A stretch of DNA of 63,995 nt, counting the filler, from Perkinsus olseni (Eukaryota): the NCBI GenBank assembly GCA_013115125.1. It is 12 parts of 12 records of this genome, joined end to end, with 100 filler letters (N's around TTAATTAATTAA, not from the genome) between each part and the next. Parts side by side here need not be neighbours in the genome. Positions count along the whole stretch, not along the records: positions 32,956 to 38,293 come from JABANN010001193.1; positions 38,394 to 43,728 come from JABANN010001194.1; positions 43,829 to 49,163 come from JABANN010001195.1; 9 more parts are not named here. One strand, given 5' to 3'. The notes beneath the pieces were generated by a model that did no database searches, was not told the DNA's origin, and worked only from the letters and a program-made list of their open reading frames with translations. Position 1 is the stretch's first letter. Every line of letters begins with the position of its first letter. Of this stretch, positions 36,686-47,087 are shown piece by piece. The translations under genes and the position numbers were made by a program.

Positions 36686-38013
36686 TTTTGTCCCTCCTCT
36701 TTTTTTTGTTGTTGTCTGCAGCGACCTGTCCGCTGGGACGCTGCCGCAAGGTGGCAAGCTCAGTACTGCTGCTGTTGAGTGTACTGGCCTTTGTATCGAG
36801 GATGCCTAGTGAACGTGTTATCTTATCGAATCTTTTTCATATCAGATGTGTTTATTCTCGAGTTCTCAGTATACCACCTCCGAGCTCGGCTGTTTGGCTC
36901 GTCGCAGGGGAGATCTGTCCGGCGGCAGCTGCTGTCAACCCTGTTCCTCCTGTCCTGTTTCACTATGACCGCTATGCCCTCCATAATTCTCTGTCTTTCC
37001 GACCAGGCGATGGGTAGTAGGTCGGGTGGCTGTGCTAGCACGTGAGGCTACGCAGTTGCCTGACCTGTGCAACAAGAGCCTGGGCTCGGGGGCACCGCCA
37101 GGGCGGGCGGGTGGAGAAAAGGTTGTGGATCGCGCTACTAGCGCCTATATTTATCCCTCGCGCCTTGGGCGTAGCACTGCCGCTGGCCAAGACCAGTTTT
37201 TAGGGTGTATCCCGCACTTCAGGAGGGGCTTCAATGTTTGTTCTGCACGCGCGCGCAATTGTGTCACTGTCTCCCTAGCACGCCTGCGTCGCTATGATAC
37301 AAATCAACCTGCCCAATGAATTGACCTCCATTCTATCAGAGCGCTACTTCGCTGCTCTCTTCGCCTTCTCTGTCTTGTTAACAGCGATTCTCGCTGGTCT
37401 GGACTTCGCAGTGACCGAGGCCATTCTTGGCTGGTGGCGGTCCAGCGGATGTTCGTACAGTCGGCGACGGGCGAGAACTCCGTTGATGCCCGACCTCCGC
37501 CGGCTGAACTTCCCGCTGTGTGTCAAAGACCGCGGGTATTACGGCCAAAGGAGCGAGAGAACTGTTGGTTTGGAAGCTGTCGAAGTGACATGTGCGGGGA
37601 TCGAACCCGCAACCACATCCGTTGCCTGTCCGCCTGAGCGAGTAGTCCGCTCTGTGGGGACTGAGGACTTGAAAGTATCCTTTCTTGCTCTGTACTTGGG
37701 AACTCTATACCCAAGGATAGTAAGTATCACATATAAGTAGATATAAGTGTAATGGGATGTAGTAGGCTACAATGGATGATTGAGCTAAGCTAAGGTACTC
37801 TTATCATCACAGCTGACACAATCACAAGGCGCGGTATTACAGTAACTTGCACTTGCACTAACGCTACCGTTACCGTTACCAATCATTCATTCTTGTTAAT
37901 ATCGACCGTTCCCGTCTACAAGTCTTTGCTTCGTCACGAAGCACGTTACGTCACTAAGCCTTCGTACTGTCCGCCACCGTAGTTGCCGCCGTATACTACC
38001 TCCGTTTTGGATT

Positions 38014-38293
38014 ATGGTCGAGCAAACCCTGAGGGAAGTGGATGCCAGACCGCAGTTCAGAGTATCGCGGCGCGGCAAGAAGGCTGCTGCCACCGATTTT
38101 GCCGTCTATGCTCCCGCTTTCGCCGAGTCCCAGAAGGATCTGTATGATAAGGGTAGGTTTTCGCTTGTCGCGCCATCAGCAAGCTCACGGGTGTGACTGC
38201 TAGATACGAACCCCAAGGGTTTCATTCCCATGTGTATGGCGGAGAATAGGACCGTAGGAGCGGAGATCGAGGCAGAATTTAGGAAGGTAAGGC
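38014..38293 (+). CDS. Second ACC-synthase-like aminotransferase paralog, 5' part (cut by contig end)
   Basis: PAFAESQKDLYDK / intron / NPKGFIPMCMAENR parallels FQAFVESQPDLFDR / intron / GYLTMCVAENR of the upstream gene, with the intron at the same place. Confidence 0.8.
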
Positions 38294-38405
38294 NNNNNNN
38301 NNNNNNNNNNNNNNNNNNNNNNNNNNNNNNNNNNNNNTTAATTAATTAANNNNNNNNNNNNNNNNNNNNNNNNNNNNNNNNNNNNNNNNNNNNTCGGTAG
38401 CATGT

Positions 38406-38477
38406 GCCTCGGTAGCTCAGTCGGCAGAGCGCGTGCCTTTTAAGCCCGTGGCCGCGGGTTCGAGCCTCGCCGAGGTG
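38406..38477 (+). tRNA. tRNA-Lys(TTT) copy 1 (1-nt deletion near the 3' end)
   Basis: GCCTCGGTAGCTCAGTCGGCAGAGCGCGTGCCTTTTAAGCCCGTGGCCGCGGGTTCGAGCCTCGCCGAGGTG. Confidence 0.75.
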
Positions 38478-38557
38478 CGCACCTTACCCGACCTTGTTCT
38501 AGCGTAGTTGGCTACCTGCCTGGGGGCCTCTCGGCCCATGTGTCGACGGTAGCACGT

Positions 38558-38630
38558 GCCTCGGTAGCTCAGTCGGCAGAGCGCGAGTCTTTTAAGCACT
38601 TGGCCGCGGGTTCGAGCTCCGCCCGAGGTG
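38558..38630 (+). tRNA. tRNA-Lys(TTT) copy 2 (disrupted anticodon stem, probable pseudogene)
   Basis: Anticodon stem CGAGT/GCACT has several mismatches; A/B boxes intact. Confidence 0.65.
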
Positions 38631-38706
38631 CGTACCTTATCCGACCTTGTTCTAGCGTAGTTGGCTACCTGGGAGCCTCTCGGCCCATGTGTCATCGGTA
38701 GCATGT

Positions 38707-38779
38707 GCCTCGGTAGCTCAGGCGGCAGAGCGCGTGCCTTTTAAGCCCGTGGCCGCGGGTTCGAGCCCCGCCCGAGGTT
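38707..38779 (+). tRNA. tRNA-Lys(TTT) copy 3
   Basis: Cloverleaf as in copy 5, with D-loop and discriminator substitutions. Confidence 0.8.
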
Positions 38780-38859
38780 CGTACCTTACTCGACCTTATT
38801 CTAGCGTAGTGGGTTAGCTACCTGGGAGCCCCTTGCCCCATGTGTCATCAGTAGCATGT

Positions 38860-38932
38860 GCCTCGGTAGCTCAGTCGGCAGAGCGCGTGCCTTTTAAGCC
38901 CGTGGCCGCGGGTTCGAGCCTCGCCCGAGGTG
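38860..38932 (+). tRNA. tRNA-Lys(TTT) copy 4
   Basis: Cloverleaf as in copy 5, with one G-U pair in the T stem. Confidence 0.85.
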
Positions 38933-39012
38933 CGTACCTTACTCGACCTTATTCTAGCGTAGTGGGTTAGCTACCTGGGAGCCCCTTGTCCCATGTGTCA
39001 TCGGTAGCATGT

Positions 39013-39085
39013 GCCTCGGTAGCTCAGTCGGCAGAGCGCGTGCCTTTTAAGCCCGTGGCCGCGGGTTCGAGCCCCGCCCGAGGTG
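39013..39085 (+). tRNA. tRNA-Lys(TTT) copy 5
   Basis: GCCTCGG/CCGAGGT acceptor stem, GCTC/GAGC D stem, CT-TTT-AA loop, GCGGG-TTCGAGC-CCCGC T arm. Confidence 0.88.
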
Positions 39086-41113
39086 TGACCCATCTGGAGT
39101 TACTCCATTGGTGATGTCAGTTCTACGTGGGAGAGGGTTTTGCTGATTTGTGGCTTCGCTCGTGGCTAGAGACCGTTCAGGTCTCAAGAGGATTCCATGT
39201 CGTCAATAATCGTTCCGAACGTGGCGAGGATCAGCAGAGGCAGGAGGAGATTATGGACGGGTATCTCGAAGAGCTCGTCGCCGAAAACCGCAGGATAAGG
39301 TGCATTGAACTCGGACTGGTCTTCGGCTCTATTGGGATGCGCTGAACCGTATTCAGGGAGGCCGAGAGGAGATGCAGGAAGAGAAGACGGAATCAGTCTA
39401 GCACGGAGCTGAGGGAGCCATCAGCGGCGAGCCGAATGTACTACCGTTCCGCAAGTTGTAGAGTAGGATTATTTAGTAGCGGCGAACGACAGCATACTCC
39501 ACCCCATGGAACTAGCAGAAATTGCAAGATCTCCGGTACGGTCAATACTATCGATAGTGATGCCGATGATGATGAAGATTCGGGAGAGGAGGCCGAAGGG
39601 ACAAGCGACATCGATGACCGTACGCCTCCTAGGAAGGCCGCCCGGGGACAGGTGCCGCGGAGAAGCCGCAAGCTGAGGGCCGCCGCTCCAAGTAGGTGAT
39701 CCGCCGGTTGTGATCGTTTCTACGGTCGAATACTCACAGACGAGACCTTTCCGCATTCTTGAGCTAGTCGCTGCTACTGCAGATCCTACCTCTATCAGGT
39801 ACGCCAAGTCGCAGTCGAGGGACCGCGATGGATCAGGTAAGGAGCGATTCTTCGCATACATACGCAATTCGGTCACTGTAGCCTGAGTACGGTGGAGAGG
39901 AGTCTCCCGAGGAAGCGATAGGACCTGCTCGTGTTCGGCATAGAAATCCCGCATGGATCATGAGCCCCTACCGCAAATGGGAGGTGTGTCTCGCACGAGG
40001 TGTGATGCCGAGGATGCTTATTACTTAGCAATGGGAGTTGGACTACCTAGACTGGGGGATCATAAGATACGGAAAAGAACGAAATAAGTGGAAGAAGATG
40101 ATTGAAGACCCCGAGTTGAGGTCGGTCAACGGAAGGGGCAGAAGATGAGCATTCCGCGGATGCCTGTCGGTGTATCGGTCCCGCGTCTCAAAAAGGATCG
40201 TCGTTCTGAAGCGTCTCTCACAGGTTCGCTCCTCACCGGACAGCAGAACACCTGCGCAACAAGGTACGGTCTCTGATTAATGAGGGTTATTATGATCGGC
40301 AAAACTGAGTTGTCCTTTTCACGGAATCTACTTTTCAATCTCAACACGTTGGTTGATTGAGCTGTATCTTCTTGCACCGACCGTTCAGCGGCACCGTAAT
40401 TCTCCGGGTGTCCCGAATGCCCCTTATGTGACATAAGTTATGTCCGTTCAACGATGTGAATGTCACGTCCTGCAGGGCCCTGTAAACGCAGGCACCTCTT
40501 CGATTCACTTCGCATAGTAATCCTGCCGGAAGGTGGGCCTATCCCCTTCACTCTAATAGACCACGAGGAGATCACGAGCAGGGCGCATGTACAACCGAGG
40601 ATCTGGCCACCTGCTCAGGGTAGCAAGAAATCTGAGGAGTGCTCTCAGTGAGTTGGATTACGAACGATAGTGAAGGCAGGTCCCCCGACGAACAGCGATG
40701 CACGAGCGTCAGCTTGTTGCATCACGCAGGGGCTTCGAGATTCTCTCGCCTGGCAGTCCATTCTAAGTGAAGAATCTCGGGAAACTTACGAGGAGGTTTC
40801 GTAGCTACCTGATGTATACCACACTAAACGCAACTCTCGTATGTGGCATGAACGACAACAACAATTTTAATAACATGAACGATCGGGGTACATGATGAAT
40901 CTATGGAATAGGAGTGGCAACATCATGAAGAATTTGGCGAACCTATGTAGATATCAGAGGCGAGACACGAGGGTGCCTCGTCGCTTCTTAGGGGAAGCGG
41001 AGGCTCTATCGAACATCACAATAGTATCTACTACAAAGCTTTGACAATTTCTTCCCATGCACACGTCAGAGGGGACAGGAGTTTCGCCCCTGGTGAAGAG
41101 GCATTTTTCATCT

Positions 41114-42184
41114 CTACTGTCCTGTAGTGTCCAAATGAAGGTCCATGCATAGAGGTTTGCCTCTCTCCCCGCCCTTCTCCGCCATTTTCAGCGTATAAGT
41201 CCCGTCAGCCTCAGCGCAGATACGGGTTGACAACATATCGAGTATCAACTCTCGGCCGAAGATTGCTGTTCTGAACTCGGACAGCTCCTTCGCTTCGCCT
41301 TTGACACCGAACGAGTCCGGGCTGAGACATGTCCTATCTTCAGGGTGCCATAGATCCGCAGCTACAGTGATAGAACGATTGCCCACGGGCTTGAAGGTGA
41401 AGTCGCAGACTCTGCGTCCTCGCTTAGCGTCAGTACGGAGATTCAACCAAATAGCATCAGGAGAGTAAACGGGTGTCTTGTAGATGCCATCAGGTAGAGG
41501 TATTCTTTTGGCTCTTACCGAGCCATGCAACGACAGAGGCCTATCAGTAGGGAGATGTTCCTCGAAAGACTGGCTAACGGTCAATCTCCGCTTCTTATTG
41601 GCTGGTTCTTCGTACATGTCGATGTTACTCTGTTCCAGTCCAACCGGGGGATCCTTTCTATACAGTGGGATTCTGTGCTTCCAGCCCATGAGAACACCAT
41701 TGCGATTTCGCTCCGCACCCAACCCAATAAATGTCTCACCTCCTGCTTTCATGCACACATACATCTCGCGATGCGGCCTTGCGCTCACAACCCATCCAGG
41801 GTCGATTAAACCGACCAAAGATTCAACGAATTCAGCAGCCTGGGTTTCGTGACCTTTGCCGACTCCGGTGAAGTAGAAGCAGCGGTCGGTGCCCGTTATA
41901 TGTCTGCTGAACATTGCTAGGGCAGCTGCTTTCGGCATGCTCATTTCACATGTATGATTACCAGTCCCTCTAGCGGTGAACCTGGCGCCTTGGGCTCCGT
42001 CGACTTCCTCAACAATCATCGTCACTCTGGGCATACTGCCATCAGTGCTTTCCCAGCTCTCGTAAATCCCCGAGGGGATTTGCCCTTCCTTGGCCCTTTT
42101 CACCACATGTTTATCTGATCCCTCCGCTAGTCTGAGAATATGTGGTAACGAGGCGATGACGCTCGCTACAACAACGTAGAACAT
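41114..42184 (-). CDS. Hypothetical secreted protein, 356 aa, two related halves and a central basic motif
   Basis: Likely start MFYVVVASVIASLPHILRLAEG (signal-like). Repeated domain starts IPSGIYES and IPLPDGIYKT; PANKKRRL in the linker. Intronless. Confidence 0.7.
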   Translation of the reverse strand: MFYVVVASVIASLPHILRLAEGSDKHVVKRAKEGQIPSGIYESWESTDGSMPRVTMIVEEVDGAQGARFTARGTGNHTCEMSMPKAAALAMFSRHITGTDRCFYFTGVGKGHETQAAEFVESLVGLIDPGWVVSARPHREMYVCMKAGGETFIGLGAERNRNGVLMGWKHRIPLYRKDPPVGLEQSNIDMYEEPANKKRRLTVSQSFEEHLPTDRPLSLHGSVRAKRIPLPDGIYKTPVYSPDAIWLNLRTDAKRGRRVCDFTFKPVGNRSITVAADLWHPEDRTCLSPDSFGVKGEAKELSEFRTAIFGRELILDMLSTRICAEADGTYTLKMAEKGGERGKPLCMDLHLDTTGQ

Positions 42185-42392
42185 GCCGAGAGTGGAAGAA
42201 TCGGCTGAAGGGGAAGTAGGAGCGGCACGGCGTTCGAGCCTGGAAAGAGCAGATCTCAGGAACACAAGTTCGGGCAAGTTTCGCGAGATCCCACTTGACC
42301 TTGGAAACCGAGCGGCATCATCAGCGATGTATGTAGCGAGATGATGATGATGATGATGATACAGCCTGTGCATTATGACGAAGCTCCCCGTT

Positions 42393-43524
42393 ATGGCCAC
42401 TCTTCCACCAGCAGCGTCTCAAGCTGTTTCAAAGGCGCTCGAAGATGTCTACGAACCCCTTGCGAAGTACCTAATAACCAGGGCAGCGCAACTCACTGCT
42501 CGCCCGTTGATTGTCGCGGTATCCGGGGGACAGGGAAGTGGCAAGACCACCACCACTAAAGTAGGCCTTGGCCCGCCACCATTCTTGGTAGTTCGGGTAC
42601 ACTCTCTTAGGTCCTCCAAAGCTTGATTACCGCTAATACATCGCGAAGATGTATCGGTATATCACTGGACGACTTCTACTTGTCGGCAGAGGGTCGAGCT
42701 GCTAAGGCGAAAGCTACTGGAATCGAAGCCTTGAAGACCCGAGGGCCTCCAGGGACGCATCAGACCGAGCGACTCCTCAGGGTAAGGCCACCTCAACAAA
42801 GGCATCCCTTCTAGCATCTTGTAGGTGCTCAGTGGTCTCCATGACCCCGGCGCGCTCCATGAGAGCCTCGTCCTTCCTCGGTTTGACAAGGCCTCGGATA
42901 CGACTGTGGAAGACGAGACGTTTCCTGGTCTCGGTCCTGGTGACATATTTCTCCTAGAAGGCTGGTAAGGCAACGAGCGTGGCTTCTACAGGGCTGAGCG
43001 TGTGGCCATCAGGTGTGTTGGCGCCCCTCCACCACCGCCGGAAGAGTCAACGACGGCCTTGAACAGCCTCGATGCGGACTTGAAGTTCCGTAACTTCGTT
43101 GATGATGAGCTTCGCGGGGAGTACTTTAAGGTTTGGACACAATTCGATGTCCATGTACACCTGCAGGTAACGGAGCTCACAGGCATCTGTTCCCCTGACC
43201 ACCTTTGGGTTGTCGTCACTCTGGTCAGGTCCCGAGCTGGGACTGTGTTTTGCGGTGGCGGCAAGATCAAGAGGATGAGCTTCGTCTTCGAGTCGGAGGT
43301 CAGGGAATCGACGTGGAGGAGTTCTGTCGAGGATACGAGAGAATAACGAGAAGGATGCTGAAATCATGCCCGAGAGAAGCTGACGTTGTACGATGCGTCA
43401 TGTCCGTGCGATGCCACTAATCGATATCGGCAATTATTATCAGGTCATTTATCTGGGTGAAGACCATCGTATCGCGGGATGCAGACTTGGCAAGGAGAGC
43501 TCGATTAAGTGGCAGGAGCGATGA
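42393..43524 (+). CDS. GLYK: D-glycerate 3-kinase (plant GLYK / yeast Tda10 type P-loop kinase), multi-exon
   Basis: VAVSGGQGSGKTT, ISLDDFYL, TRGPPGTH, PRFDKASD, FLLEGW and WRRQDQE across GT-AG-bounded exons. Stop TGA at 43522. Confidence 0.85.
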
Positions 43525-43839
43525 GCCGACGCTCCCCTCACTGTTGAGATGTTGTTTTTCTTTGCATCGCTGTGATGCTCTGAGCTGTTGAGTCCTAGTT
43601 GGTTCCAAAGCACAGCATTTCCACATTACCGAATGGGGAAGATATTCTGCCTTGATTCTGATCTTCAGTTTTCCTTTGAAGGTTGAAGTATCGAAATGCC
43701 TTACGATGGTAGCTGGGACCAGTCCTATNNNNNNNNNNNNNNNNNNNNNNNNNNNNNNNNNNNNNNNNNNNNTTAATTAATTAANNNNNNNNNNNNNNNN
43801 NNNNNNNNNNNNNNNNNNNNNNNNNNNNACGCATTGCCC

Positions 43840-44136
43840 AGCTGTACGAAAATTCCGAAAAGTACGAAAATTCGATGTACAAAGTAATACTGTACGAGTT
43901 TTAACTATACGAGTCGGACCTGTACGACTATTAACTGTACGTACCGGAAGTGTACCACTCGATACTGTATCAATTGTCCGTGTGCGAGTTATCAGTGTAT
44001 GGGCTGAAACTGTACTGCTGGATACTGTACGAGTTGCCAGTGTATAGCCCAAGACTGTACGTGTGGAAACTGTACGGATCAAGCTTGTACGAATGCAATT
44101 TCTACGAGTTGTCGCTGTACTGAACGATCCTAGCCG
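43840..44136 (+). repeat. 15-bp-period CTGTAC array; right arm of a foldback/MULE-like element ending in CCG
   Basis: About 18 degenerate units; the last unit is CTGTACTGAACGATCCTAGCCG. Confidence 0.75.
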
Positions 44137-44717
44137 GGGAAAATTCTCCTGCATCACCGCCAGTGATTCACCGGGGAATTTCTGTCAGAACCTTTCACCT
44201 CTCCCGCCACCTTTCCGGGTCCCGTCCCCATCCGTTCCCATACATTCTGCCATTCCAGGTCCGCACTTGCCACCCGTGGACGGCACTACTCGCTTTAATC
44301 TCACTTCTATCATCGACAGCTACTCGAAATTCTTCCAAGTGCGGCCTACTCAACACCCACCAAATTCTAAAGATGTCTGCTCGCTGCTCATATCACTTGT
44401 ACATTAGGGCACTTCGTAAGGCTCATAAAAGCATTTTCAAAAGTTTTCTGGAGGTATGAAAATGTAACCGGGCCCCAAATTTTATCGACGTTTCTCTGTT
44501 TTGTACGATTATTTGTATGAGTATTTTTTCTGACAAAATACTCTTACACAAGAGATTCGCACATATTAAAGTACATATCATCTACTGCATTAGAAAAAGT
44601 CTCAAGCCACCGATTCCCGCAGGTTTCTAACTCCTGCGAGGGGGGACCTGTGGTGGAACCGTTGAGAAGGAGACAGCGTGACGTCGTGCGCGGTAGATGA
44701 CGTAGACAGATTAGCTA

Positions 44718-44920
44718 TACACCCCTCCACAAATTCTTAGCATATCCGGTTTTCGACTCGTGCACTGTCACCTGGACGAGTACGGAGCTGCAACTCAATG
44801 AGGTTTATTCTTATGCTTCCCAGGATATAACCTCCAAGTTTCAGGGCCTAACTCCTCATAGTTAGTGAGGACTCGAAAACTCGTGAAAAATTTTCTCCAC
44901 AAATTCTCAGCATACACGGC
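44718..44920 (+). mobile_element. Possible Tc1/mariner-type terminal repeat with inner/outer direct repeats
   Basis: TA|CACCCCTCCACAAATTC start. CTCCACAAATTCT-AGCATA repeated at 44725 and 44895. No partner end or transposase seen. Confidence 0.35.
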
Positions 44921-46059
44921 CTAAAACTGCGCCTCAAAATACCAACTTTTACTCGGGAACTATATCTACAACTTTGCATCTGATCTAATGCGGTACACCA
45001 ATGGAGAGAGCGTCTTCCAAAAAGCTATCCCTCCATGTTTCATCTCGTAACGGTGAGCAATGGTGAGAGTAAACGGCCGCGGATACGTTCACCGACACTC
45101 ATCCCCCCTAAGGGCGGGGTAAACCGATCATGCGATCGATAGGAAGACAACAGCTATCATCAGATCTTGCGCATCATTTTTCCATAACACTCACCATCGA
45201 TCTCGTCCTGCGCAGCTCCCATGACACGATTGTGGTCTAGTACAAAGCTTTCGCCATCACCATCCCAGCTCAATTGATGGAACTTTTCCTTGAAGAGTCT
45301 GAACCGGATACGCAGTTCATCGGTATAGTTCTGTGATACGTTATTAAAGGCCAACCAGTTCACCTCATCTGCTTCGAAACGACTTCCCAAATACTGATGA
45401 AGTCGTGCCGACAGGATTCAACTTCGACCGGCAGCCCCTGCATGAGAGAGACCTCCCGCTGAGTAGCATTGAGAAGCTTCACTGCATCACAGAAACTAAG
45501 ATTTTTAGCCTGAAACGCTCAAGTGAGCCTCCTCAAGGGCATAAGAAGCTACTTAAGCGTTCTCACGATGATCTCCAGAAGGTTGAGCACATTGAACTCG
45601 TCTGCCGTCAGAGCATCAGGATCCTTATCCCTAAGCATTCATAGTGCTAGGATTCGTCAGGGCTTCAACAGCCTGGAATTTCGAGATCCATCTGATCTGG
45701 GTCATGCTCGATGGTAATTGAATCTCACCATAGATACTGTAGGGTTCGTGCCCTTCGCGGTCGCCCTTGTTATGAGTATCTTCTGACCACTGCTAGTGCG
45801 CCGCATTATTATCTAGTTCGCCCTTCGATTTGCGCCCTGCAGTCGATCGTCGATCGCGCTACGCTTAAGTGTAATTGCATAGCGGTGAATTACTCGAAAA
45901 GAGCTAGATTCTTTTTGATTCTTCCCACTTGGCTGCCCTTCTGCGAAGGTCAGCCCTTGTTCCACTACGCTATCCACCGAAGCCCTGCTACTAGTTGCGT
46001 TGCCCAGTGACCGGCTCAACATTCTGGTAGCAGCTCCTTGTTGATCGACGACGAGTCCA

Positions 46060-47070
46060 ATGGCAAATAATGATAATAATCACCCCCAGGCTGATGAAGC
46101 CACGCCCTTGAGGATTAGCCTCTCAATGCCTCCTGCCTTCGATGGTATCTCTGGCAGCTTTAAGGACTGGTTGCGACGCTACGAACAATGTGCCAATGCC
46201 GCCGGATGGTCCTCACAACAGCAAGCTGAACGGCTTGATCTGTACTTGAAAGAGCCCTTTCTTTCTGGATGGGACGCCTACGCCAAGAGGACCAACTTCG
46301 AGGAAGATAAGAAGACCCTCTTAACGATGTTTGATCATGTCCGTCCCCACCAGGCCCTTAAGCAATTTCAAGAGTTACGCTGGTCCAAGAGCCAGCAACC
46401 TGCCCTTTATGCTGCAGCTCTGCAACGACATCTCAACCGTACTAGCGAGGACTTTCCCGACCTCACGGAAGAGCCGAAGGCTAAGAACATCGAGAGGATG
46501 ATCATCGACCGGTTAAAGGCGGACCTCCCTCCTATGGTTCGCTTCCAGCTTGTCTTGTCGGAGCCTTGTGTTGACCCTCAAGGACGCCTGTATCATGTGT
46601 GATGTCTGTATGACAGTGTTCTTGCCCTTGATGACGCTAATGACAACACCACTCCCGAGGCTCCGGCTACTAAGGTTGCCGCGGTGGCAAGTGTTTCCGG
46701 TAGTCGCCCCGCCGAGTCCTCCACGGATTGGGTGACGAAGGCTGATGCTAAACGTATTGAGCAGAAGCTCGACAAGATTTTGGGCGACAAGGAGGGTAAG
46801 AGTACTGGTTCAAAGCAGCAGCCTAATGCTAATGCCGGCTCTACGGTCGCCGCCGCTCGCCCTAGACATTGCGGTATCTGCAAGGCCCAGGACCACCCGA
46901 CCTACTCCTGCCCTAATAAGAAGTTCTCGGAAGGTTGCTACTGGTGCGGCAAGACTGGTCACGTGGCTAGAGATTGTTACCAGAACCCGAATAGGGTGAT
47001 TCGTGATAAGGTCCCTAAGGCTCCTGGAGGTCCCCCGCAATCGCAGGGAAACCCCCAAGGCGGTCGATAA
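46060..47070 (+). pseudogene. gag of LTR retrotransposon (in-frame stop/local frameshifts at ~46570-46610)
   Basis: PPAFDG...FKDWLRRYEQCANAAGWS, then CGICKAQDHPTYSC and CYWCGKTGHVARDC. ORFs 46060..46602 and 46684..47070 are in the same frame. Confidence 0.85.
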
Positions 47071-47087
47071 GCGGCCCTCGACCGCCT
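47046..47087 (+). promoter_or_regulatory. -1 programmed ribosomal frameshift signal (G_GGA_AAC + 10-bp hairpin)
   Basis: Heptamer in the gag frame at 47046-47052, 5-nt spacer, perfect stem AGGCGGTCGA/TCGACCGCCT. The -1 frame reads open into LVDTGS. Confidence 0.85.

Larger units (their letters stand above)
38394..39085 (+). repeat. Tandem array of ~150-bp units, each carrying a tRNA-Lys(TTT) (>=5 copies, left end at contig edge)
   Basis: tRNA starts at 38406, 38558, 38707, 38860 and 39013, with near-identical ~76-80-nt spacers. Confidence 0.95.

Noticed and set aside
37585-37615. tRNA T-arm-like hairpin GCGGGTTCGATCCCCGC on the minus strand
   Set aside because: No matching D arm, anticodon arm or 5' acceptor strand. 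At most a tRNA/SINE fragment.
38504-38514. CGTAGTTGGCT in the tRNA-array spacer, resembling an SL with an internal deletion
   Set aside because: Only two short blocks match, there is no CAAG end, and later units differ. Compatible with chance.
38394-39085. CRISPR-like repeat array
   Set aside because: The units are tRNA genes with conserved, not unique, spacers. No cas genes, and the context is eukaryotic.
39086-40900. Possible decayed retroelement immediately after the tRNA array
   Set aside because: Looks coding-like but is fragmented, and I could not read any unambiguous gag, RT or integrase motif.
42185-42400. Poly-His N-terminal extension of ORF 41114..42400
   Set aside because: It comes from a (GAT)7 microsatellite in the intergenic region and overlaps the GLYK start. 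The signal-like Met at 42184 is the better start.
45395-45430. CTGATGA hammerhead-like core
   Set aside because: No GAAA after stem II and no closing stems.
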